Below, one piece after another: positions 27,504-37,006 of a stretch of 64,000 bases of DNA; position 1 is the stretch's first letter; each line of letters begins with the position of its first letter. The notes below the pieces were generated by a model, which did no database searches, was not told the DNA's origin, and saw only the letters and a program-made list of their open reading frames with translations. Made by a program: the position numbers and the translations under genes. This DNA comes from a phage: sequence record OZ413487.1, one strand, 5' to 3'.

Positions 27504-27821
27504 TTAACGTTCTACAAAAATACCGTTCAGTTCAATAACCAGGAATTTCTGGTCTTCACTATCGTCTCGTGCCAGCACCTCACAGACGTATCGGTCATCC
27601 CCATCATCATCGCAGTCAAATACAAGACTGAGGACTTTATCATGGTAAACCTTCGCCACTACCGCCTCGTAAGTATTGCCGATTGTGAATCCAAGATAAT
27701 CTCCGATGCATTTGACAACAACATGGTCTCCAGCATTTAAGTCAATCTTCGTCATTACTGCGCTCCTTGGGTAATAATACTGTATGTAAAACTTTAACCA
27801 GAGATGTGAATAACGCCCCAA
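27504..27821 (-). CDS. hypothetical protein
   Basis: ORF track; true start may be the internal Met (MTKIDLNAG). Confidence 0.4.
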   Translation of the reverse strand: MGRYSHLWLKFYIQYYYPRSAVMTKIDLNAGDHVVVKCIGDYLGFTIGNTYEAVVAKVYHDKVLSLVFDCDDDGDDRYVCEVLARDDSEDQKFLVIELNGIFVER

Positions 27822-27910
27822 AACACACCGATAGCGCTAAAACAGACAAGGCCATCATTAAAGCTTCAGTAAAATCCGTCATTCCTCACCTCTTGTTAGT
27901 CACTATACTA

Positions 27911-28174
27911 TCATTTATCCTTGTCGTCAAGAACTTTTTTAAATCTTTCAGGGATATCTCCCGTTCTTAGATAGTTCATGACCTCGCAAGGTTCCCACTT
28001 GAATTTCTTACAGAGCAGGGCGGCTGAGATTGTTTCATTGCGAAAAGAAAGGATATTAATATCCCACTCTGAGAACCCCAACTTCCGAAGGGTAGCTACA
28101 GAAATCCTCACCGCAACCCAGCAGCAAAAACATGCAACAAACGCCACTGCTACAACCCACATCAGGATGTTCAT
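27911..28174 (-). CDS. hypothetical membrane protein
   Basis: N-terminal TM segment ILMWVVAVAFVACFCCWVAV. Confidence 0.4.
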   Translation of the reverse strand: MNILMWVVAVAFVACFCCWVAVRISVATLRKLGFSEWDINILSFRNETISAALLCKKFKWEPCEVMNYLRTGDIPERFKKVLDDKDK

Positions 28175-28263
28175 ATAAGCACCTTACTGAAATACAAGAC
28201 ACAGTGTTAAGGTTACTGACCAGCAAATAATTAACAGTGCCGTTGCAACCTTGGCAAGATTTA

Positions 28264-28551
28264 TCATAGTGCCTCTAAGATTTCATATCCTTCGGGTCGG
28301 AATACAAGCCACTCCGTGGCTCCGTTTGGTCGATACGCTTTATACAGAACAACCTGATCTCGGCACATGCACATGGCTACATAGTTTTCATCCACACCTG
28401 CAGCCTGCATTGCATCTTCTTCTCCGGCAACCGCTTTGCTTACAACTTCCTTGGTAGGCAGGTGTGCGATCAGCTCGTCACCATCATTAATTCCAAAATG
28501 GCTGAGTTCTCCATTGGTATCTTTGATCTTAATCTTAACCAGATCTTTCAT
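28264..28551 (-). CDS. hypothetical small protein (MKI/MKV paralog group)
   Basis: ORF track; abutting neighbours. Confidence 0.45.
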   Translation of the reverse strand: MKDLVKIKIKDTNGELSHFGINDGDELIAHLPTKEVVSKAVAGEEDAMQAAGVDENYVAMCMCRDQVVLYKAYRPNGATEWLVFRPEGYEILEAL

Positions 28552-28880
28552 TAGTCTTTCTCCAGGTTCAAAGGTCCTAAGATTTCATATGCCAGATTAG
28601 AAGTTACAAGAGGGTCTTCTGCGTCTTTAGTATTATACCACCCGTGAATAACCAGAGTCCCACTTTGTTTCATGTCCAACTGTAACTCTTCTGCCGTTTC
28701 CTCATCCAGCTCCAAGATTTCCATAAGGTATTTGATGTTAGGGAGGTATGCAGCTGTTACAGTCCCCTCTACCAGACCTTCAGGCCAACCTACATCTGGA
28801 TGACAAGTAGGAACCAGGTTGGTCAGCTTAATGGTGTACGCTTTTTCTGCACGAGCCTTCAGTAACGGGTCAATCTTCAT
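28551..28880 (-). CDS. hypothetical small protein (MKI/MKV paralog group)
   Basis: ORF track; start codon overlaps upstream stop. Confidence 0.45.
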   Translation of the reverse strand: MKIDPLLKARAEKAYTIKLTNLVPTCHPDVGWPEGLVEGTVTAAYLPNIKYLMEILELDEETAEELQLDMKQSGTLVIHGWYNTKDAEDPLVTSNLAYEILGPLNLEKD

Positions 28881-29230
28881 TATTCGTCCTCCTCTTCGGT
28901 ACCTGCTTCCAGTAATAAGTTAAGAATATCTTCTGCACAAGGCTCATAGAACTCTTGGCCTTCATTATCGATGATTTTATAGTCATCTCCACGAATAATC
29001 AGGGGATCACTCTCAAAATTATCGAGACCTTTAACAACGACAACACGATCGATTGCCATCATTGTAAGAACTTTATCGACATCTTCCTCTGCTACACCAT
29101 ACTGCAGCAGAATGTCTTTGGTAGGAGGAACAGCATCCACCACAACGCCGTTACCAAAACCTTCTGGAAGTTTAGCTAAAATATCTTCCGGAACCACATT
29201 CACATCAAAACCGGTAATTTCTACTTTCAT
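28880..29230 (-). CDS. hypothetical small acidic protein (MKI/MKV paralog group)
   Basis: ORF track. Confidence 0.45.
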   Translation of the reverse strand: MKVEITGFDVNVVPEDILAKLPEGFGNGVVVDAVPPTKDILLQYGVAEEDVDKVLTMMAIDRVVVVKGLDNFESDPLIIRGDDYKIIDNEGQEFYEPCAEDILNLLLEAGTEEEDE

Positions 29231-29491
29231 TTACAGCACCTCTTCGTCAACTACTTCATAAAAATGGCCTGGGATTGCAATAGCGTTCTCACCTTCACCT
29301 ACAAACACAGTTCCGTCAAGAATCAACATCATAAGAATTTCTGTAATATCCTCTTCCGGAACGTTGCCAAAACCTTTAATCAGCTCGTAGGTTGGAATAT
29401 TTACCTCTAAGATGTCACCATCTTTAGAACGGAAATCAACACCGTCCTGAATCTCTGCCGTTTCAAGGTTTTTCAATTTAATCTTCATCAA
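29231..29491 (-). CDS. hypothetical small protein (MKI/MKV paralog group)
   Basis: ORF track. Confidence 0.45.
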   Translation of the reverse strand: MMKIKLKNLETAEIQDGVDFRSKDGDILEVNIPTYELIKGFGNVPEEDITEILMMLILDGTVFVGEGENAIAIPGHFYEVVDEEVL

Positions 29492-29567
29492 TCGGTCTCC
29501 TGTCTTGTTAAGATGAAGGTATTATTTCACACAGGGTTGGCGTTGTCAACACCTGTGTGCAAGAAAA

Positions 29568-29963
29568 TTACTGAAACAGTGCGGATAAATTACCTTCTGG
29601 TGGGAACTTATCTGCCAAAAACGGTGTTAGCACAGTAGCCCTCTGAAGATCTGGGGTCCACTCGTTGTTCAGAACATCCCAGTAGTACGCAATGTTGCTG
29701 TGTGGGTGCCGCATTACGAACTTTTTCCCTTCGTAGTCATCTGAAACCTCTACAGAAGAAATAACAACAGAATCTTCAAGGGTTTCTTCATAGAAAGATC
29801 CACCTTCAAATTTCCAACGAGATGCAAGAGCCCCTGCCTTGAACGCTGCAGATAACGGACTGTCGGCAAGAACATACATTTCTTGCACTCTGTCGCTGCG
29901 ATCTTTGCTTCTTACGTTGTATACAGTATCTGAGCTATACTCAACACGGTATAGGCTTACCAT
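29568..29963 (-). CDS. hypothetical protein, paralog of 31770..32168
   Basis: Shared block HPHSNIAYYWDVLNNEWTP vs HPDSRVKHYWNARTKTWTP. Confidence 0.5.
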   Translation of the reverse strand: MVSLYRVEYSSDTVYNVRSKDRSDRVQEMYVLADSPLSAAFKAGALASRWKFEGGSFYEETLEDSVVISSVEVSDDYEGKKFVMRHPHSNIAYYWDVLNNEWTPDLQRATVLTPFLADKFPPEGNLSALFQ

Positions 29964-30322
29964 TACCGAACCTCCTCAATAACTTCCACATCTGAACCTA
30001 CCACAAATGCAAAAGGACAGGTTTCATGAAAGATATCCGGATCGCCGCCAAGCTTGCTAACAATTTCTCCACCACTAATAAACACAAGCTCACCGATATT
30101 CATCAGATTGCTGAAATAGTACCCATAATGATTAAAGAATGCAGCAGGGTCAGGTAGACTAGTAGCCTCAAGCACTACATCGGTTGAGGTTACTTTCTTA
30201 TCATAACCTCTCGCCTTTTGAGATGCAAGATCTGCAGAATCCTCAGGCGACCGGAGATGCACAGGAATTGTTTCACCAATAAAGCGTACTTTCATATTAT
30301 CACCCAACAACCATAGCTTCAA
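29963..30322 (-). CDS. hypothetical protein (family A-like, MKVRFIGE...)
   Basis: ORF track; internal Met start plausible. Confidence 0.45.
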   Translation of the reverse strand: MKLWLLGDNMKVRFIGETIPVHLRSPEDSADLASQKARGYDKKVTSTDVVLEATSLPDPAAFFNHYGYYFSNLMNIGELVFISGGEIVSKLGGDPDIFHETCPFAFVVGSDVEVIEEVR

Positions 30323-30563
30323 AAGGAGTCATGAACGAATAAACGGCATCATCATCTGCTTCAGGGAATGCTCCCAAAGACTTCATATCTGAGCCCTTGA
30401 CAAATACAAGGTTTTGATCAAAGGCTTCTTGGGGGTCAATCCGATACATATTTCGTAAAATATCGCTTACCTCCTCATCAAGAGGTGAGTATGCTGTGCA
30501 CGTTTTTCCGATCAAGCTTTGAGAATCAGGGTATCCACCTGAAGTTTTAAAATAAACAATCAT
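30300..30563 (-). CDS. hypothetical protein
   Basis: ORF track. Confidence 0.4.
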   Translation of the reverse strand: MIVYFKTSGGYPDSQSLIGKTCTAYSPLDEEVSDILRNMYRIDPQEAFDQNLVFVKGSDMKSLGAFPEADDDAVYSFMTPFEAMVVG

Positions 30564-30654
30564 ATAGTATCACCTCTGGTAAGAGATTGGGACTCCTTTC
30601 CCACAAATAATTACAAATCTTCCTTAGCGAGGAAGTATGCTAATCCAAGCAGGA

Positions 30655-30924
30655 TTATTCCTCTACAATCTCATACACATCAGGAGTTACAATCAACTCT
30701 TCTCCGTTACCCGGTGCAACAAACACCACCAAACCTTCAGGTGTGTGCTTTTTAGCCATCTCGATAACATCTTCTCGCAGAGCTGGCTCCATCAGATCAA
30801 AACCTTCACCTAGGGCATCACGAACCACCTTCATATAGTCCACTGGTTGTGCTTCAACAATCATGCCTTCAACCAGTCCACAATTTTTGTCTGCCAGCTC
30901 AGTTTGGAATAATTTAATTTTCAT
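30655..30924 (-). CDS. hypothetical small protein (MKIK paralog group)
   Basis: ORF track. Confidence 0.45.
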   Translation of the reverse strand: MKIKLFQTELADKNCGLVEGMIVEAQPVDYMKVVRDALGEGFDLMEPALREDVIEMAKKHTPEGLVVFVAPGNGEELIVTPDVYEIVEE

Positions 30925-31061
30925 TTAGAGGTCTCCTCAATTATTTGATATTAATAGCCGTAACCTAACACATTAACTACAACTGCGATTGCAAACATAA
31001 TTTCAAAGCATGCAATCTCTACATTTGGGACTAATTTCTTAATCACACCCATTGTAGCACC

Positions 31062-31379
31062 TCATTCTCCAAAGTCAATCTTTACTTTGCCTTTCCCCTT
31101 ACCTTTCTTTCCACCGCATTTAGCCAGCTGACGTGCTGCAACATCTACCATACGGTCAGTTGCCTCGTAAGCATCACTGCCTTTAGCCTTGGCAATAACT
31201 TCTTTTCCAGAATTGTCAAAAATGAACGCCATAACTTCCTGGTGATCATTTTCAACTTTTACACTCACACGTGCATAGTTGGCAGAGGGATGCAAACGCT
31301 CCAACTTAGACATTTTGTGGGAAATGAAAGACACCATACCTTCAGTGATTTCTACGTTGCCAGTGATTTCAATTTGCAT
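31062..31379 (-). CDS. hpf: ribosome hibernation promoting factor / RaiA (YfiA) family homolog
   Basis: MQIEITGNVEITEGM...KLERL...DAYEATDRMVDVAARQLAK aligns with E. coli HPF MQLNITGNNVEIT...KFAKLEQ...DMYAAIDGLIDKLARQLTK; Lys/Gly-rich C-tail. Confidence 0.65.
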   Translation of the reverse strand: MQIEITGNVEITEGMVSFISHKMSKLERLHPSANYARVSVKVENDHQEVMAFIFDNSGKEVIAKAKGSDAYEATDRMVDVAARQLAKCGGKKGKGKGKVKIDFGE

Positions 31380-31427
31380 AACGTGTTCCTTTTAAAGAAG
31401 AGGGAACCGAACCCTCTTTGAAAACAA

Positions 31428-31455
31428 TGATACTAAATCTGAAGCGTTGTGTCAA
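31428..31455 (-). promoter_or_regulatory. sigma70-like promoter for hpf-like gene (TTGACA-17-TATCAT on - strand)
   Basis: Followed in the 5' UTR by hairpin AAGAGGG-TTCGGTT-CCCTCTT (31389-31409) and RBS AAAAGGAA. Confidence 0.5.
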
Positions 31456-31461
31456 CAGTTT

Positions 31462-31752
31462 TTACAGATTGTTGTCGATAGTTTTTAAAATATCCACAGC
31501 AAGATCTGCCATTTTTCGAACATACTCTGCAAACTCAACAGGATCCTTGATCAAAGAATTCACAGGGTCGTACCCTAGAGCGTTCAAAATGGCTGCAGCA
31601 TCTACAACCTTCTCATCATTTGCGAAGATCTCTCCATCAAACTTGTAGGTCCATTTTGAGTCAATCTTGGCAGGGAATGATTGGTCAACGCTTGTTACAC
31701 CATCCTTTTTAAACGCTCCGGTGTTATCAGTGTCTAGAACTAAATCCATCAT
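31462..31752 (-). CDS. hypothetical protein
   Basis: ORF track. Confidence 0.45.
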   Translation of the reverse strand: MMDLVLDTDNTGAFKKDGVTSVDQSFPAKIDSKWTYKFDGEIFANDEKVVDAAAILNALGYDPVNSLIKDPVEFAEYVRKMADLAVDILKTIDNNL

Positions 31753-31769
31753 GTTAGTACCTCACCGTT

Positions 31770-32168
31770 TCAGTTTAGCTTTTCTTCAACAACCCCATAG
31801 CTCGGGACAGAGTCAAGAGCTTTCTGGTTTAAAAGTGGTGTAGCAGAATCTGCAAACGGTGTCCAAGTTTTTGTTCTGGCGTTCCAGTAATGCTTCACTC
31901 TGGAATCTGGATGCACTATAACAAAAACTTTTTCACTTGTCAACACATTAATTTCTTCCACACCCCTGCTGATAATTTCTCCGTCATATCCCCCGGTCTG
32001 GTATCCTTCGTACCAGGTTCTTGCATAGGCATAGCCAGCCTGCCAGCATGCAGCCTCCTCCGAGGTGGAGACTACGTAGAAGTCTTTCTCAAATTCTGGG
32101 ATACGCCCTTGCTTTACGCTCCAAGCTCCGCGAATTTTCATTGTAACTTTGAATAGTTTATTTTTCAC
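31770..32168 (-). CDS. hypothetical protein, paralog of 29568..29963
   Basis: Shared conserved block (see 29568). Confidence 0.5.
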   Translation of the reverse strand: MKNKLFKVTMKIRGAWSVKQGRIPEFEKDFYVVSTSEEAACWQAGYAYARTWYEGYQTGGYDGEIISRGVEEINVLTSEKVFVIVHPDSRVKHYWNARTKTWTPFADSATPLLNQKALDSVPSYGVVEEKLN

Positions 32169-32180
32169 AACGGTTACCCA

Positions 32181-32435
32181 TCACAGTTCTACAATATCTG
32201 CATCTGACCCTGCCCCAAAGGCATAATAGGACTCTTCCCCGAAATAATATTCCGGTGCACCAGCAGCGATCAGGTCTGATCCCAAAATGAATACCACGTT
32301 GTGGCCTACATAGCTGTGATTTTGCCGCACAGGATCATCCCACGGCAACCCTTCGAAGTATACCGCAGGGACGACCTTTCCTTTCAGGAAGGATTGCCCC
32401 AAGTAGACGTTAGAATCAAGAATTTTAACCTTCAT
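32181..32435 (-). CDS. hypothetical small protein, MKVKxLD family
   Basis: MKVKILD N-terminus and GSDLIAAGA motif shared with 32425..32652 and 36065..36298. Confidence 0.5.
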   Translation of the reverse strand: MKVKILDSNVYLGQSFLKGKVVPAVYFEGLPWDDPVRQNHSYVGHNVVFILGSDLIAAGAPEYYFGEESYYAFGAGSDADIVEL

Positions 32436-32652
32436 GATCGTCCTCCACTATCTCTACATCCTCACCTAGGGCAAAGTTGTAGGTCCACTGACTGTCAAAG
32501 CATTCCTGAGATGCACCAGCGGCAATAAGATCTGCCCCTTTTATTTTTAAAAGGTCAGGGTAATCTTCGTTAGGGACAGCAGTAAACACTTTCCCTACTA
32601 AAGGCTCCTGACCAATATAGAAGCTTGAATCTAAAACTTTAACTTTCATCAA
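32425..32652 (-). CDS. hypothetical small protein, MKVKxLD family
   Basis: MMKVKVLD...GADLIAAGA. Confidence 0.5.
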   Translation of the reverse strand: MMKVKVLDSSFYIGQEPLVGKVFTAVPNEDYPDLLKIKGADLIAAGASQECFDSQWTYNFALGEDVEIVEDDHEG

Positions 32653-32936
32653 CGGTCTCCATCAGGTGGTTGTGGGACGTAAACACTGTTACGAATATCG
32701 TCCGCAGTATAGTAATAAGTGTCTCCAACCCTATCTCTGGCTGCAATGTACTCTGCTATACCAATAAGTGCCATTGATTTGGTGGCGTATCTTCCCCACT
32801 CGTTAGCTCCCCAGTAGAATTTAGACCAGTAGGGAATAATACCGAACAAATATACCTTTTGACGAACTTCCCAGTAAGTGCCTTTTCCGACAAGTTTAAA
32901 CTCTACTTCACTACTGTTAATCTTTTTCATTATCAA
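32649..32936 (-). CDS. hypothetical protein
   Basis: ORF track. Confidence 0.45.
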   Translation of the reverse strand: MIMKKINSSEVEFKLVGKGTYWEVRQKVYLFGIIPYWSKFYWGANEWGRYATKSMALIGIAEYIAARDRVGDTYYYTADDIRNSVYVPQPPDGDR

Positions 32937-33229
32937 TCTCCCTCTACCGTGGTCGGATTGTCAGTAAGAAATTGAGCATTGGCTGGAGGCACGCCTGACA
33001 TTTTCCACACAACCATAAGTTTGTAACCAGGAACTCTATTAAGTGCAGATCGAGTAGAGTTTGTGCACGTATACTTTCGCTTTCCAAACCCGTTCTCCAT
33101 CATAATCCAGTACCCAGTATCTTTGTCACCAGGTATCGGTAGACCACCTTCATCAACCCACTGAATGGACCACGGCACGATGGCTACAGCTTTATATTTA
33201 AACTTTTTAAACCACTCAAAAAGTTTCAT
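32933..33229 (-). CDS. hypothetical protein
   Basis: ORF track. Confidence 0.45.
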   Translation of the reverse strand: MKLFEWFKKFKYKAVAIVPWSIQWVDEGGLPIPGDKDTGYWIMMENGFGKRKYTCTNSTRSALNRVPGYKLMVVWKMSGVPPANAQFLTDNPTTVEGD

Positions 33230-33324
33230 AATTCAGCCTCGCATAGACATAATCACTATAAACAGGCAAACAATGAATCCGAATGCCACGCCACCCATAA
33301 ACGTTAATATTGATGCAATCATAG

Positions 33325-33510
33325 TCAATCAGCCTCGCTTGGCAACTCTTCTACCTTAACATGCCGAAAAGTGTTACCGTAATGGTTGATCCATGACATC
33401 AGCTCGCTTTCTTGCTCTTCCTCTGGGATGAACTCTCGAATGCTGACAAGTTTTAAGAAAACCCAATCACAATCTGCACCCATTCTACCAGACAGGCAAT
33501 AGTGCTTCAT
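33325..33510 (-). CDS. hypothetical protein
   Basis: ORF track. Confidence 0.35.
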   Translation of the reverse strand: MKHYCLSGRMGADCDWVFLKLVSIREFIPEEEQESELMSWINHYGNTFRHVKVEELPSEAD

Positions 33511-33528
33511 AAAAACCCCCCGCCTGGT

Positions 33529-33723
33529 TTAGAATATTGCTTCTTCCATTGCACCTGAGAGCAACAAAGAGGTGATCTGGCTAACATTCATCTCAGACTC
33601 TACTTCCTCCCCTTTGAAAGGTTCGCGGCAGAATAGGACTGTTTCAGGACTTTTACTTCGAACAATATAATACAAATCATTCAATGTGTTGTAGTAATAA
33701 GTGTTAAAACGTAAGTTTTTCAT
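33529..33723 (-). CDS. hypothetical protein
   Basis: ORF track. Confidence 0.4.
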   Translation of the reverse strand: MKNLRFNTYYYNTLNDLYYIVRSKSPETVLFCREPFKGEEVESEMNVSQITSLLLSGAMEEAIF

Positions 33724-34007
33724 TTTCTAGTCCCCTTCTTAGATTTTTGTGTAGAAACGCTTTCTGCAATACGAGACAAACGTTCTTCTGAAGCCTTGCC
33801 TATTCCAGGTTTTTTGAGTGGGTTATCTTTATGACCACAATCCAATTGGATATTGGATACCTCTCCAACCTTGTAAGTCAATTCTAGCAAAAGGTTGTCG
33901 TCCTTGTCAAATGTTCTTACGATAAATTTTTTATCGTTCTCCTGAACTTCGTATCGGGTACCCGCAGTATACAGCATGGTGCCATCCGCATAGGATATCC
34001 AGATCAT
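33720..34007 (-). CDS. hypothetical protein
   Basis: ORF track. Confidence 0.4.
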   Translation of the reverse strand: MIWISYADGTMLYTAGTRYEVQENDKKFIVRTFDKDDNLLLELTYKVGEVSNIQLDCGHKDNPLKKPGIGKASEERLSRIAESVSTQKSKKGTRK

Positions 34008-34351
34008 TGAACCTCCTTCTGCTGCAACAGCATTAACTCTTTGTTGGAGATTTTTACTGCTGTTTTTATTGTTCCATCTTCACGAAACCACGACCAGAAC
34101 TCTACAGTGTCCCCACTGTCAAGCAAAGCATACCCGTGGTAGAAGTCTTTGTCCTTAGACAGTTTCTCATCTATGTCTGCATCGACACATTCGTGATCCA
34201 TAGCATTTTGCCTGAATGCATCGGTTATACCAATGCACGCCTTGCTCTCAAGACTGGTATATCCGATATCTTTTAATTCAGTTTCCCAAGTCCAGTACCC
34301 TATAAAAGCTAAAACAGCTACCCACATTAATAACGTTTTAATCTTTGGCAT
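34004..34351 (-). CDS. hypothetical protein with N-terminal signal/TM segment
   Basis: LLMWVAVLAFIGYWTW hydrophobic N-terminus. Confidence 0.4.
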   Translation of the reverse strand: MPKIKTLLMWVAVLAFIGYWTWETELKDIGYTSLESKACIGITDAFRQNAMDHECVDADIDEKLSKDKDFYHGYALLDSGDTVEFWSWFREDGTIKTAVKISNKELMLLQQKEVQ

Positions 34352-34413
34352 TCTCTCTACCTCTTTCTTAGTTTATTTCACTATGGCACATCCTTTGTGC
34401 CATATCTCAACCA

Positions 34414-34875
34414 CTACTTAAATAGTAGTCCAAAATAGTGCAAAATTAACAGAAGTTGAACTACACCTAGTGCAACGGCGAGTATGTTAATCTTAGAATC
34501 GAAAAACTTCTTAACTTTTACTCTAAAAGGTTCCTTAATGTCCTTTACGATCCTATTTATAGATGATTTCATATCCCTGATTACCATCCTAAACATTAGA
34601 GACGGATCTTCCTTCTCTGTAATAGAATCGAAAACATACTCTCTTCGGTCATAAGGACCTCCAGATCTGCGTATTAACCTCTCCACAGAGACCTCGTACG
34701 ACACACCTGTAACGTAATCATCTATGATAAGTAGTGACGGGTCTTTATCGTCCAAGGGTATTAAAGTTATCTTTCCAGATTTTGTTAAAATTTCTCCTTT
34801 TTCAAGCAAGGTGTACCAATGCTCTCTACCAAGATTGTTGAGGCACGTTTTTACATATTTAACAAACATCGTCAC
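34414..34875 (-). CDS. hypothetical protein with C-terminal TM anchor
   Basis: C-terminal ILAVALGVVQLLLILHYFGLLF. Confidence 0.4.
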   Translation of the reverse strand: MTMFVKYVKTCLNNLGREHWYTLLEKGEILTKSGKITLIPLDDKDPSLLIIDDYVTGVSYEVSVERLIRRSGGPYDRREYVFDSITEKEDPSLMFRMVIRDMKSSINRIVKDIKEPFRVKVKKFFDSKINILAVALGVVQLLLILHYFGLLFK

Positions 34876-35075
34876 CCCTCATCGCACGTCTGATATAACC
34901 ACTCTATGAAATCTTGATACCATTCGCCCTCTGAGCGCTCCGTAGGCCAATAATCTTCACCCTCTCGTGCATTAAAATCTGAGTATTCAACTTTCCACTC
35001 CTTTACCAGCTCGTGGAGAAGGTTTTCAGCCTGCTCTAAAGATTTATTTTTTGCCATTGCTGTCTCCTTTTTCAA
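34872..35075 (-). CDS. hypothetical protein
   Basis: ORF track. Confidence 0.4.
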   Translation of the reverse strand: MKKETAMAKNKSLEQAENLLHELVKEWKVEYSDFNAREGEDYWPTERSEGEWYQDFIEWLYQTCDEG

Positions 35076-35276
35076 GATAGTTATACATCAGAACTGCACC
35101 ACCTAAGATGGCTACCAGTAACAATATCCCAGATAGCATCTCAATAAACATGGCTTGAAACACTGGAAGGTCTCCCTAAATTAACGCACCATTTTAAATA
35201 CATGCTCTTTTCCCATAAAGGTGCCTGGCTAAGATCTGCGTAGAACGCAATCTCTTTAAGAACAGTATAGATAGTT

Positions 35277-35504
35277 TTAGGTGCGGTCTCCATCCCTACT
35301 CTCCTTCCTGATATTCTTGTAGTAATCAACTAGGCACATTGTTACGATGAAGATAACAACAGGCCAAAAAGGTGCAGCAGTGATGATGGTGATAAAATCA
35401 TCAAACTTCACCCTTCGTCTGGACACGATGCATACACCTGTCAAGAATGCCGCTGTTATAACGGACATTACCAGGTAACCTATTAGCACAACATTTATAC
35501 TCAT
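35277..35504 (-). CDS. hypothetical membrane protein
   Basis: Two hydrophobic segments. Confidence 0.4.
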   Translation of the reverse strand: MSINVVLIGYLVMSVITAAFLTGVCIVSRRRVKFDDFITIITAAPFWPVVIFIVTMCLVDYYKNIRKESRDGDRT

Positions 35505-35534
35505 TGGTCCTCCCTTTGTAGGTTAAATTGTATA

Positions 35535-36068
35535 CTACAAATGGTCGCTGAGGGTGTCAAGAAAATTATCCCGTTCTTTCTCAGAGTTTTCATGTGTGTA
35601 GCTGAAAAACATATCGAGAATAACCTTATTGATATATTCCAGCTCCTCTGTGTTCAGATGCTTAGCAGGATCTACAATGACATCCCAAATATCATACAGA
35701 CCACACTCATGATACCCATAACGCCACTCAATTGTCAAGCTGAGCGGCAAATCTTTACCTTCACAAACAACCTTCCATCTACATATGTTGGTATCTGGTC
35801 GTACCTGTGCACGGTACACCTGCACAAAATCCAATTTGAATTTGAGGTACTCGTCATACAATTTAAGCACAAAGCTCTCGATTTGTGGAGACACTTTTGC
35901 AGCAAACTGTGCGTATTTGTACTTGCACTGGATGATCTTTCTACGTTTTGCAGTTAAATTTTTTGCCGCCAGTTGTTCTTCAGTGTATCTCCACCTACGA
36001 TCAACAAACGCAACAGGGTCTTTGTCCCCATAGAGGTCTTCCCAGTTAATCAGAAGCATACCTGTCAC
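35535..36068 (-). CDS. hypothetical protein
   Basis: ORF track. Confidence 0.45.
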   Translation of the reverse strand: MTGMLLINWEDLYGDKDPVAFVDRRWRYTEEQLAAKNLTAKRRKIIQCKYKYAQFAAKVSPQIESFVLKLYDEYLKFKLDFVQVYRAQVRPDTNICRWKVVCEGKDLPLSLTIEWRYGYHECGLYDIWDVIVDPAKHLNTEELEYINKVILDMFFSYTHENSEKERDNFLDTLSDHL

Positions 36069-36298
36069 TCCTCCACAACTTCAAGGCCTTTACCGCCTCG
36101 CTCTGGCAGATTACTTAAAGATAGGTAATACATATAATCAGGAGAGATCCTGCCAGACTCTGCACCTGCAGCTAGTAAATCCTTCCCTTTAACCAGGACA
36201 ACATTCTCGTTTGCAGATAGCCGTTTTGCTTCCACAATTTTACCAACACAGTCAACCAAGGAAGGGTACCCTAAATCTGTAAGAAATTTAACTTTCAT
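36065..36298 (-). CDS. hypothetical small protein, MKVKxLD family
   Basis: MKVKFLTD...GKDLLAAGA. Confidence 0.5.
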   Translation of the reverse strand: MKVKFLTDLGYPSLVDCVGKIVEAKRLSANENVVLVKGKDLLAAGAESGRISPDYMYYLSLSNLPERGGKGLEVVEE

Positions 36299-36335
36299 GC
36301 TACCTCCTACCTACCGTCCCTGGTAAGATAAATTA

Positions 36336-36734
36336 TTACTGAACAGAGCGCGGTGCTGGGAAGGATAACTCCTCTAAAGAGAAGATTTCATTTCCTACCA
36401 CCCAAGTTGCTGGGTCATCTGGATCAACAGGTTGGATAATCATTACCTCATCCGCCTCGCACACACGTTTCCCACCCATAGTAGCGTCAGCCACTAACAT
36501 ACGCGGCTCTTCAGAAATGCACAGGTAGCCACCTCGGCCCACTGTTCCTTCCACGGGATCCTGCCCTTTGACCACAATGAATACCTTCTCTCCTGTGGAG
36601 ATATTACTTTTCACACTAACAGTTTGACCAACTTTAGATGTACCGATCTTGGTGGCTTCAAACATTAAATCCCGAATTACTGTTGCATAGTTGCCGGACA
36701 CTTTCTTACCTTCTTTAGTAATCTCAATCTTCAT
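36336..36734 (-). CDS. hypothetical protein
   Basis: ORF track. Confidence 0.45.
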   Translation of the reverse strand: MKIEITKEGKKVSGNYATVIRDLMFEATKIGTSKVGQTVSVKSNISTGEKVFIVVKGQDPVEGTVGRGGYLCISEEPRMLVADATMGGKRVCEADEVMIIQPVDPDDPATWVVGNEIFSLEELSFPAPRSVQ

Positions 36735-37006
36735 AATCTAGGCTCCTTAAATGAATCTATGTAATCAATTAAATCCCAAGCATCGCGATGGGCTGTCAGA
36801 GGGTATACTTCTCCGAGAGGGATCATAGCAATAAGTCTATCAAAAACCCAGTCTGGACGCAACATTTTATGGTGATATTCCCACTCACCTTCCACAGATT
36901 TTTTCTGAGTTATCAGGATCTCTGTGTAGTGTTTCTCCTGTCTTGAGTAGATTGAAAATGACTTGTACATAAATGACCCCCTCTTGTTGAAAACAACAAT
37001 ACACAA
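36731..37006 (-). CDS. hypothetical protein
   Basis: ORF track. Confidence 0.4.
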   Translation of the reverse strand: MCIVVFNKRGSFMYKSFSIYSRQEKHYTEILITQKKSVEGEWEYHHKMLRPDWVFDRLIAMIPLGEVYPLTAHRDAWDLIDYIDSFKEPRL

